IMG/VR virus record: IMGVR_UViG_3300048861_000178
Span: 96,001 to 160,000 of that record
Source: a virus
Taxonomy: Duplodnaviria > Caudoviricetes
DNA: 64,000 bases
Strand: one strand, 5' to 3'
In this document: in pieces, positions 56,578-64,000 of the stretch
How the letters are laid out: each line of letters opens with the position of its first letter
Position numbering within the stretch: the first letter of the stretch is position 1
Program-made: the position numbers and the translations under genes
Notes under the pieces: generated by a model
Database searches by the model: none
Seen by the model: the letters and a program-made list of their open reading frames with translations, nothing else
What the model was told of the DNA's origin: nothing

Positions 56578-56855
56578 CTTTCGGGTCGCTGTCTTTTGCA
56601 TGCGGCTGTAGTGCTGTAGTAGACTGTTCCTCGTTTGTTTAATTGCAGAGGTCTCCTCTCGAAGGCCAGGCGGTTCGGCTTCTCTCCTCCTGCCTGCTGC
56701 TTGGCCTTCGCTTTTTCTTACCCGTTCTTTGACGGGAGAGACTATCAGCGCTGGTCTGTCCAACACCGGATCAGAGTCTCTCCTGCTTTTTGTTTGTCCA
56801 CGGGGTAGCAGACAGCAAGCTCGTTCTCCACCGATACGCGAGCTCTGCTACCCCG
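56578..56855 (-). ncRNA. Candidate structured antisense RNA (~280 nt)
   Basis: Series of 9-12 bp helices whose wobble pairs are G-U only on the minus strand, separated by A-rich linkers. Confidence 0.5.
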
Positions 56856-56986
56856 CTTTTTATACTCTAACCAGAATAAAAGATGTCCAGAGCAGGTGCT
56901 CTGGTTTATGCCCTAATGAAACCAGTTTGGGCGACATATTACTTCTCTGAGTCGTACCAACATGTCTTTAACAAGGAGAAGTGAAG

Positions 56987-57751
56987 ATGCAGCAGAAGAA
57001 TAACGGTGCTTACGAACAGTACCAGGCATTCAGAGGTGGTGTGCGGTTTGACTTCGCCACGCTCGCGGCGCTCTTTAGTGCGGGCAACAAGAAGTACGTC
57101 TGGAACGACAGCGTGAAGCTGATGGCGGTGATCTGGAACCTCTCACACGGTCGCCCCACAATGCCCACTCTGGTGGACGCAATCGTGACCGAACGCGATC
57201 GCGAGAATCTCAATACGCTCTACCAGTACGCCATTCAAGAGCTCCCGGTGACGAATCCGGACTGCTGGAAGTTCCGGGTGCTGATTCTGCCGCATGGCTC
57301 ACCTGAACCGTTTGCCCATTTCGATGCGACCATGGTGGCCGATCGGGATGTGAAAACGCCCTGGTACGTGGACGGCATCGACGCCCTGTCGCTTAAGGTG
57401 CACAGCATCGCTGAGCCCGGCTTCACGTCGGGCGTATCGACTGCTGATCGCTTCGGCAGCTACACCATCTTCGACAACCTGACGCAGACAGTCGAACTGA
57501 TGGAAGTCGGCACGCTTTACCTGCAATGCCTCGAAGAACAGGTCGAGGAGTTTGCGGGTAAAGACACGGCGGATCTGTTTCACAAGTTCCGCGCCTACGC
57601 TGACTGCATGCTGGAAATGCACGACGAGTATCAGTGCGACGTGTCGTACAAGCAAGTCGAGCAGGACCTGGTCCACCTGCAGGTGGCTGTCTACAAAGAC
57701 CGCCATACCTGCATCGTGCAGTTTGACGAAATCATCAAGAAGGTGAACTAA
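56987..57751 (+). CDS. Hypothetical early protein
   Basis: CATATTAC at 56935; AAGGAG RBS. Confidence 0.65.
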   Translation: MQQKNNGAYEQYQAFRGGVRFDFATLAALFSAGNKKYVWNDSVKLMAVIWNLSHGRPTMPTLVDAIVTERDRENLNTLYQYAIQELPVTNPDCWKFRVLILPHGSPEPFAHFDATMVADRDVKTPWYVDGIDALSLKVHSIAEPGFTSGVSTADRFGSYTIFDNLTQTVELMEVGTLYLQCLEEQVEEFAGKDTADLFHKFRAYADCMLEMHDEYQCDVSYKQVEQDLVHLQVAVYKDRHTCIVQFDEIIKKVN

Positions 57752-58242
57752 TGGGCAAGATCTATTGTGATTTCGAATTCAACAGCCATAAAGGCGAGTT
57801 GATGAGTATCGGTCTGGTGAATAGCATGGGGGTGGCGTTGTATAACGTCTTTCCCAAGCCGAAAGCACCGATCGATCCGTGGGTGCAGCGCAATGTAGTC
57901 CCGTACCTGGACGCGGCTACACCAAACGGTATCTGGCCTCTCCACTTGGACGTGGAAGAGTTCCAAAAGGTTCTGCAGGCGTATTTGCAGAAAGAAGAGG
58001 GCGAGATTCGGATCGTGACCGACTGGCCGGATGACGTGAGGTATTTCAGCGAACTGCTGATCACAGGTCCGGGCACGATGGTGGACATTCCCGGCATCGT
58101 CTTCGAAGTACAGCGTGTTGATCCGTACGTTCAGGATCGGGCGCTGCAGGGTGCAGTACAGCATCACGCACTGTGGGACGCATTGCAGCTTCGACGATGC
58201 CTTACCGGCTTCTCGAACTACGAGGCGTTTCGCACGGCCTAG
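57751..58242 (+). CDS. DEDDh 3'-5' exonuclease
   Basis: CDFEF (ExoI), DWPDD (ExoII), HHALWDA (ExoIII). Confidence 0.75.
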   Translation: MGKIYCDFEFNSHKGELMSIGLVNSMGVALYNVFPKPKAPIDPWVQRNVVPYLDAATPNGIWPLHLDVEEFQKVLQAYLQKEEGEIRIVTDWPDDVRYFSELLITGPGTMVDIPGIVFEVQRVDPYVQDRALQGAVQHHALWDALQLRRCLTGFSNYEAFRTA

Positions 58243-58275
58243 CCCTAGCAAGGCATCACCACCAGGAGATCAGTG

Positions 58276-58791
58276 ATGAGTCGTGAAGTTCGTAAGGTAG
58301 CTGCGGGATGGCAACACCCGAAGTTGAACGACAAGCTGTTTGTCCCCTTGATGGACGGGAGTCGGTTTGTATCGGACTCTCAGCGGTATGAAGAAAGTCG
58401 CAGAATGTGGGAGCTCGGGATGGTACGGGACCCGCTGGATGCGAAAGAGTGGATCACTCGGCGAGAAGCAGGTATCTGTCAGACATGTTTCTACCAGTAT
58501 TACGGCAACGAGCCCCATCAGGACCAGTACATGCCGGTATGGAAACCCGAGGAAGCCACCCAGTACATGCTGTACGAAACGCTCACGTTGGGCACGCCGT
58601 TATCTCCGGCGTTTCCGACAGAACACGAGTTGGCGGATTGGTGCGTGACACACAAAGTCACGCTCTGCCCCACTCGGCGACTGACTTTTACCGGTTGGTT
58701 ACAGTTGTGCCAAGGCTTTACCTTTGGCCAGCTGATGCGCGAGAAGATCAACACCATTCTCATTGAGGATGCGTTGCTCCAACCCGCATGA
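58276..58791 (+). CDS. Hypothetical protein (paralog of the N-terminal half of 60450-61331)
   Basis: R.V...W.HP....F.PLMDG...YYG..P....Y.P.W...EAT....YE....GTP.S. Confidence 0.7.
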   Translation: MSREVRKVAAGWQHPKLNDKLFVPLMDGSRFVSDSQRYEESRRMWELGMVRDPLDAKEWITRREAGICQTCFYQYYGNEPHQDQYMPVWKPEEATQYMLYETLTLGTPLSPAFPTEHELADWCVTHKVTLCPTRRLTFTGWLQLCQGFTFGQLMREKINTILIEDALLQPA

Positions 58792-59591
58792 TGGTAGATG
58801 TAAATCGCAGTAGAGCACTTTTGGCGAGGGGTTACACCCTCGCCGTTTATGACCTTGGCGTCCAAGCCCGCTACGAATGCGTGCGTGACCCCACTACAGA
58901 GAACGTTACAATGACTGCAAACGCAAATCCGATCACGTTGGAAAACTCCTATTGCAAGTTCACTTTCATCGCGCTTCCCAAGCAGGTGAAGAAGGTAGCG
59001 GAGCTACCCAACTGGTTCATCACGCTCGGCGACAAGAAGACCAACAAAGCCGTCAAAGTTTATTTGCAGATGACTCACTATGTCGAAGCCGGACCTGTGG
59101 ACATCCGCGATGCCGAGAATACAGTCGATTACATCAAGGCGATGTTGACAGACGAAAACTTCATCGCACAGTTCGGTGAACTCGACCTCAATAGTTGGAT
59201 GCAGAAAGCACCCAATGAGTCCGAGAACTACCGCGTAGCAAAGGAGTTTCACAACTTCTTCCAACGGCGCGGTCGTCATGTCGAAAGCCGTATCGGTGCA
59301 GCGGTCAAGAAGTGTACCCCGATCACGCTCGCAATGGATTCGGATGTGGTCTTTACCACTGACTGCCAGTCTAAAACCACCTCTCGTCGGCGAGGCATGA
59401 CAGGTGAAGTCACGATCTTCGGTCAGCATCATTACTTCTCGTTGCAGCACCCGCTCTTTGATCTGTCGCTGATGATGACGGGCACGGACGCACGCAAGAA
59501 CGTCACGCAGGAGCTGCGCAAGGCCTTCCCCTTCATCCAGACCACTGACATCAAGAACTGGTCGTTCGATACCCACGTACAAGGAAAGTGA
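58788..59591 (+). CDS. Hypothetical protein
   Basis: ATGA coupling. Confidence 0.6.
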   Translation: MMVDVNRSRALLARGYTLAVYDLGVQARYECVRDPTTENVTMTANANPITLENSYCKFTFIALPKQVKKVAELPNWFITLGDKKTNKAVKVYLQMTHYVEAGPVDIRDAENTVDYIKAMLTDENFIAQFGELDLNSWMQKAPNESENYRVAKEFHNFFQRRGRHVESRIGAAVKKCTPITLAMDSDVVFTTDCQSKTTSRRRGMTGEVTIFGQHHYFSLQHPLFDLSLMMTGTDARKNVTQELRKAFPFIQTTDIKNWSFDTHVQGK

Positions 59592-59593
59592 GC

Positions 59594-60055
59594 ATGTCCG
59601 CATTCAAGGAAAACACCCGTTACGTCGCCGTCGATGCAGAAGCCTTGCGTACCCTCTTGCGGGCCTTGAACGGTCCGGAGCACTACATCCGGGAATTGCA
59701 AGCGACACGAGACATTGATCGCTTGCCGGGACAAGAGCGCAACCCGATCAATGTCCTGCAGGAGCAGTTCGAGATCCAGATGAAACATCCGGTGCGCTCG
59801 CATGTGGAACTGGAAACGACACGGGGTGCCAAGCGGGTGTTGTTCAAGGACTTTTACGGTCGGGACAGCAGCCTGCAAGATAGTCGTGTGTCGGGCACGC
59901 ACGCGGTCTGGCTCGGGATTGATCCGGAGCAACTCAAGCGCGACATGGCGGCACATCCGAATACCGAACCGCGTTCGCGCATGCAGCTGACAGAAGAAGA
60001 GGTCTCGAATCTGCTACCTTACCTGCTACGGTTCTTGGCTCAAGGAGAGCTCTGA
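59594..60055 (+). CDS. Hypothetical protein
   Basis: AAGGA RBS. Confidence 0.6.
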   Translation: MSAFKENTRYVAVDAEALRTLLRALNGPEHYIRELQATRDIDRLPGQERNPINVLQEQFEIQMKHPVRSHVELETTRGAKRVLFKDFYGRDSSLQDSRVSGTHAVWLGIDPEQLKRDMAAHPNTEPRSRMQLTEEEVSNLLPYLLRFLAQGEL

Positions 60056-60450
60056 TGTTTATCGATAGCGCTCAGAATACCTTGAAGATGGCTGAGGATG
60101 AGCATCAGGTCTTTATCGTCAATGCCCGCTGGCAACAGTCATTGGAGCTCCTGAACCACCGCTACATGGTGGTGCCCGATGAAGCGTACGCGGAAGTCGC
60201 CGAGCTCTGGTCCGAGGAAGCCAAGGTCGATTTGCTGCCAGCACAAGCCGAACAGATCCTCTCACTTTACATCCGTGAGCGAACTGCGCTGGTCCTGGCA
60301 GGCTCGATTGACACGATGATGCGCGCTGAGATGTTGGGCGTGCTCACGCACTTCTTTCTCGGGTGTTCGTGGCCGACGTATGGTGACCACGTCCGGCTCG
60401 ATCGCTTTATCGCCCTTTTACAACATCAAGTTAAACAGGCAGGTTTCTAA
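60055..60450 (+). CDS. Hypothetical protein
   Basis: TGATG coupling. Confidence 0.6.
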   Translation: MFIDSAQNTLKMAEDEHQVFIVNARWQQSLELLNHRYMVVPDEAYAEVAELWSEEAKVDLLPAQAEQILSLYIRERTALVLAGSIDTMMRAEMLGVLTHFFLGCSWPTYGDHVRLDRFIALLQHQVKQAGF

Positions 60451-61331
60451 TGGGTAAGATTGCATACCGTCGTGTGGCTCCCAATTGGGAACATCCCCGT
60501 GACGCGAACGGTCGCTTCATCCCGCTGATGGATGGCACCCAGTTAGTGGCGCACCAACAGCACTGGGACGAGTGCCGTAAGCGCTGGGAAGAATCCAACG
60601 AAGTCTACACCCTGATCGGGGTGCGCTCGGATGGTCGAGATTTGTATGGGTGGACCAAACGGGATGGCCATGCGCTGGACATGAGCATGGAGCATTACTA
60701 CGGGGATCGTCCCGTAGCGACGGACTATACGCCTGCCTGGACGATACAGGAAGCCACTGCCTGGCGGGTGTACGAGGAAGTTACCCCTGGCACCCCCATC
60801 TCCGAAATCTATCCCGATCTCGATACGATGGCACGCAAGATTGCTCATCTTTACGGGCACAGCTTCGGGGCGATGAAGGCCAAGATCCTGGCGAGTGTGA
60901 ACGAGGGCAAATGGTACGTGCCGGTGAAGGAGTTCGAGCCAGGTGGTACTCACTACGAAGACGTCAACACGAAAAAGGAGGCAGGTATGTTCGTTTTGCG
61001 CTTGGTATTGGAAAACACGGTTCTTTACTTTGCGAGTCTGGAGTTTGATCCCGACAATCCGCAAAAAGACACGGTGCAGTGGGTCAAGCTCGGTAATCGA
61101 CTCCAGTCGTTCGTGGATGCAGAAAGTGCGAAGCGCACCCTCGATCAGATTCTCGGCGGTGTATTTCACTACGTCGAAGTCGATGACAGTGAGGCGAAGA
61201 TTGCGGGTGCCCAGTACGTGCCACCGGCAGTCAAGATCGGCTCGCACTGGCAGTTCCAGATCATCGATCTCACGGACATGTTGGTCAATCACAGCCACAT
61301 GTGCTTCGACCCGGACTACGACGTAAAGTAA
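60450..61331 (+). CDS. Two-domain hypothetical protein
   Basis: N-terminal half paralogous to 58276-58791. Confidence 0.7.
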   Translation: MGKIAYRRVAPNWEHPRDANGRFIPLMDGTQLVAHQQHWDECRKRWEESNEVYTLIGVRSDGRDLYGWTKRDGHALDMSMEHYYGDRPVATDYTPAWTIQEATAWRVYEEVTPGTPISEIYPDLDTMARKIAHLYGHSFGAMKAKILASVNEGKWYVPVKEFEPGGTHYEDVNTKKEAGMFVLRLVLENTVLYFASLEFDPDNPQKDTVQWVKLGNRLQSFVDAESAKRTLDQILGGVFHYVEVDDSEAKIAGAQYVPPAVKIGSHWQFQIIDLTDMLVNHSHMCFDPDYDVK

Positions 61332-61456
61332 GTTTTTACCGTGTCTGAGCATGTATTAGAGAGGGTGATGCTTGCACAAGCTTCCTAACCAGAAGCCTGT
61401 GTGAACGTCGTGCGTGTCCTCCACGCCCTCTCTACCCAATTTGGAGACAACTAAGC

Positions 61457-62188
61457 ATGCCCTTGGTATTGCCTAATTTAAACGAATGGGTTCTGCAAGA
61501 AACCAAGAACAAAGATGGTAAAGAGTTCATGCTGATCACCCACTTGAAAGAGTCGGGTAATACTCACGAGCTTCGCCCTTTGGAACAGTTCAAGCAGGAG
61601 ATGGAAGATGGGGAACCTTTCCCCCTCAACTTGATTATCGAGGACGGTGAGATCCGTAAGCGGACCGCCACCGACCCTTTGCCTCACAATGACGCAGAGC
61701 CTGTCAAAGGGCTGGAAGATTATTTCATGGTCACACGGAACGGGGATTTGTATTCCGTGCGCACCAATCGCGTCGTTTCGCAGAACATTCTCGGCAACGG
61801 CTATCTCGGCCACGTCACGAAGATTGGCGGGCGAGAAGGGCAGAATCGTGCGATTAAGACCAGTCGCGCGGTCGCAGAGGCTTTCATTCCTAATCCGGAT
61901 AATAAGCCCGTCGTCAATCACCTCAGTGGGGTGAAGCTCGACAACCGAGAAACAAATCTTGAATGGGCAACCTATCAAGAGAATTCGATTCACGCTGTGG
62001 AAACCGGACTCATTAAGTTTCCGCAGGGTCCCGATATGCATAATGCCAGATTTACGGCAGAACAAGTGCGCGAGATTCGTGAATTGCGTCAGACGAAAGG
62101 TCCTCGTGAACTTGGTCGAATGTTTGATTGCGACCATACCACGATAATGGATCTGTGTAGCGGTAAGACCTACGGCAACGTAACGTAA
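61457..62188 (+). CDS. HNH homing endonuclease (NUMOD4/I-HmuI-like) with C-terminal HTH
   Basis: VAEAFIPNPDNKPVVNHLSGVKLDNRETNLEWATYQENSIHA. Confidence 0.88.
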   Translation: MPLVLPNLNEWVLQETKNKDGKEFMLITHLKESGNTHELRPLEQFKQEMEDGEPFPLNLIIEDGEIRKRTATDPLPHNDAEPVKGLEDYFMVTRNGDLYSVRTNRVVSQNILGNGYLGHVTKIGGREGQNRAIKTSRAVAEAFIPNPDNKPVVNHLSGVKLDNRETNLEWATYQENSIHAVETGLIKFPQGPDMHNARFTAEQVREIRELRQTKGPRELGRMFDCDHTTIMDLCSGKTYGNVT

Positions 62189-62206
62189 TATATATGCACC
62201 GGTTTT

Positions 62207-62288
62207 GGGGAGGTGCCTGAGTGGTTAAAAGGGCCGGACTGTAAATCCGGTGGCTCTGCCTTCGTGCGTTCAAATCGCACCCTCCCCA
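62207..62288 (+). tRNA. tRNA-Tyr(GTA)
   Basis: GGGGAGG/CCTCCCC acceptor, CCGGA-CTGTAAA-TCCGG anticodon arm, long variable arm, GTTCAAATC; 3' CCA not encoded. Confidence 0.92.
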
Positions 62289-62306
62289 CAATCCTGTTTC
62301 ATCTGG

Positions 62307-62382
62307 TCCGAAATAGCTCAGTCGGTAGAGCGGCGCCCTGTTAAGGCGTAGGTCCCTGGTTCGAGCCCAGGTTTCGGAGCCA
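62307..62382 (+). tRNA. tRNA-Asn(GTT)
   Basis: TCCGAAA/TTTCGGA acceptor, CTGTTAA anticodon loop, GTTCGAGCC, GCCA end. Confidence 0.93.
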
Positions 62383-62408
62383 AGAATTCTGTTGTACCTG
62401 TTTCAATG

Positions 62409-62541
62409 TCCAGCGTAGCTCAGTTTGGAAGAGCGCCCGTAGTTCCCCCGGTTCGAATCCGGGCTTCCCAGTATTGGGAAGTGGTGGAGATGGTATACAC
62501 AGACGGGAGGTCACACGTTCGATTCGTGTCGCTTGGAACCA
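62409..62541 (+). ncRNA. tRNA-like RNA whose anticodon loop is replaced by a 62-nt circularly permuted tRNA module
   Basis: Outer D arm, T arm and ACCA end; inner T arm CCCGG-TTCGAAT-CCGGG, closed acceptor CTTCCCA-GTAT-TGGGAAG, inner D arm. Confidence 0.75.
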
Positions 62542-62565
62542 TCCTTTTACCGTTGTACTTCAGTG

Positions 62566-62691
62566 TCCGCAGTAGCTCAGTTGGTAGAGCGCCGTCACCC
62601 GAGTGGGCCCACCTACCGGCCAGGTAGGGTGGACTCTCCCACTCACCAACCAGACGGAGGTCGTTGGTTCGATACCAACCTGACGGAACCA
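62566..62691 (+). ncRNA. tRNA-like RNA with a 56-nt hairpin replacing the anticodon loop
   Basis: Canonical D arm TAGCTCAGTTGGTAGAGC, CCGTC/GACGG stem, T arm GTTGG-TTCGATA-CCAAC, ACCA end. Confidence 0.75.
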
Positions 62692-62708
62692 GTTTTAGTA
62701 GTAACTGT

Positions 62709-62790
62709 GTCCTGTTCGTCTAGCGGCCTAGGACCTATCTTCACGATGAGTGAAGAGAACAACGGGGGTTCGAATCCCTCACGGGACCCA
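62709..62790 (+). ncRNA. tRNA-Glu-like body with aberrant anticodon arm
   Basis: GTCCTGT/ACGGGAC acceptor, Glu-type D arm, GGTTCGAATCC; anticodon arm TCTTCAC-GATGA-GTGAAGA. Confidence 0.6.
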
Positions 62791-62803
62791 AGTTTTGTTG
62801 TAC

Positions 62804-62878
62804 TGTAGTCGGGGGTCAGCCGGGACTGACGTCGGTCTAAACCACCGGAGACGCAGGTTCGACACCTGTCCGACTACA
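62804..62878 (+). ncRNA. Atypical tRNA-like cloverleaf (nominal anticodon AAA)
   Basis: 9-bp TGTAGTCGG/CCGACTACA stem, non-canonical D arm, GCAGG-TTCGACA-CCTGT T arm. Confidence 0.5.
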
Positions 62879-62889
62879 TCACGTATTTA

Positions 62890-63368
62890 GAGTGAATCGA
62901 CTTGCTGTAGCAAGATTCAGGCGAGTTTCGCCTGTGACTCCGTGACTCACGATTAGCGGAGGTACCTACGTGTGGACGAGATCGCGTTTGCGCGCGAAGG
63001 GTGCCACGAATCGTACGACTGGTGACGCAAACACCAGTAAGTTGTTTGTTTCCAGTACCGATACTGCGTCTAGTCTCGCTTCTTCGCGATTCGTTGGTAA
63101 CCGGGGTAACCCGACGTGCCAGCCCGGAGTTGTTACGCCCGTCTTCCTTGTGCGGCCGTTACGGGACTTGTTCGCCTAGTGGCGCCTGCGGTTTTCACCG
63201 CGGCCGCTGCGTCTACGTCGGACTGGGAATGCGCAGCCGGGTGTACTTACTTGCTGGGATGGCCACCCTGTCTGGTAAGTATAGTCGGAAGTGCATTCGA
63301 GTCGCATAGAGTCAAAGCTTTTGCTTATCCCTGTCCACAGGACTTTGCAATCGACGCTTCAGGTATCG
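62890..63368 (+). ncRNA. Candidate large structured RNA downstream of the tRNA cluster
   Basis: Dense hairpins, no credible ORF, ends at a hairpin-TTATGCCG element. Confidence 0.5.
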
Positions 63369-63398
63369 GAGGAGAGCTTCGGCTCTCCTCTTATGCCG
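63369..63398 (+). terminator. Hairpin + TTATGCCG element
   Basis: GAGGAGAGC-TTCG-GCTCTCCTC-TTATGCCG. Confidence 0.7.
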
Positions 63399-63549
63399 TT
63401 CTTTCGAGCACGGCGAGAAAATGCCGTTGTTTCGAGGGAATGTGATTTTTACGCACTGGGCACTTCGTATGGGTAAGCTACTACCCGCACATGAGAGGGC
63501 GCAAAGCCCCGCATTAGTCGTTACTCTACAATTGTTACAAGGAACTGAA

Positions 63550-63975
63550 ATGGCAAAGAAGATGGACCGTGCGAAGCAGTACATCGACGAGATCTACGAG
63601 AAGTACGAGAACAGCCGAAAGTACGTGCAGATCACGATACACAAATTCCTCTTTCTCAAGCTTGTCGTCGTTCAGGTTGACAAGAGCTACGACGCCAAGC
63701 TCTTTCGCAATGGGGTGGAGGAGTTCACTTACTGGATGGCAGTGGAGCCACGGCGAGCGTTTGTCGCCAAGATGATGAAAGCAGGCATGAAGCAGACGAT
63801 CATCGCCAAGTGCTTCAAGCTCTCCACCGGCACCATTACCAAAGACGTGGCCTGGTTGCGGGATAACCAACCGTGGCTGCTGGAAGGTGTGAAGCTGCGC
63901 CCACGCAGGGGTGAGGAAGTGGTGACGCCGCGGCGCGTGAGCCGGACCAATCAAGCCGGATTGACGTTGCAGTAA
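63550..63975 (+). CDS. HTH-containing protein
   Basis: AAGGA RBS; GMKQTIIAKCFKLSTGTITKDV helix-turn-helix. Confidence 0.6.
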   Translation: MAKKMDRAKQYIDEIYEKYENSRKYVQITIHKFLFLKLVVVQVDKSYDAKLFRNGVEEFTYWMAVEPRRAFVAKMMKAGMKQTIIAKCFKLSTGTITKDVAWLRDNQPWLLEGVKLRPRRGEEVVTPRRVSRTNQAGLTLQ

Positions 63976-64000
63976 ACGAGCACTGACGGGAGAGGCGCGG

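Noticed and set aside
62441-62652. Conventional tRNA introns in the two long tRNA-like RNAs
   Set aside because: Inserts are too short for group I introns, and removal does not restore a 7-nt loop with U33 and a sensible anticodon

Overview
The window is a dense, almost entirely + strand segment of a large lytic phage genome, most likely a phiKZ-related jumbo phage. This call rests on TATATTAC-like early-promoter motifs, phiKZ-type tail-fibre paralogs and free-standing copies of a phiKZ-type capsid domain; a betaproteobacterial host is inferred only from the PpiB-like and IagB-like genes. Layout: 0.7-10.5 kb is a tail-fibre/virion module that also holds a lipase, a QueC-like protein and an RNA-ligase-like protein. 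10.6-61 kb is accessory and early genes: dCTP deaminase, Ntn/HslV-like protease, papain-like protease, lytic transglycosylase, cyclophilin, orphan antitoxins and many small membrane proteins. 61.4-63.4 kb is an HNH endonuclease plus a tRNA/ncRNA cluster. Top finding: a ~1.65 kb non-coding array (34388-36037) of ~46 units with a 36-nt period. Each unit alternates two 9-nt repeats (AGTGTATCA and AGTCACCCA) with two variable 9-nt spacers. The array sits directly upstream of a 421-aa Nop/IS110-related protein with no recognisable nuclease domain. This is the architecture of an RNA-guided TIGR-Tas (TasA-like) system. Other strong oddities: two tRNA-like RNAs whose anticodon loop is replaced by large inserts (one insert is a circularly permuted second tRNA), three large unannotated structured-RNA candidates, and a repeated hairpin-TTATGCCG element. 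All protein calls come from motif recognition by eye; no database search was run.
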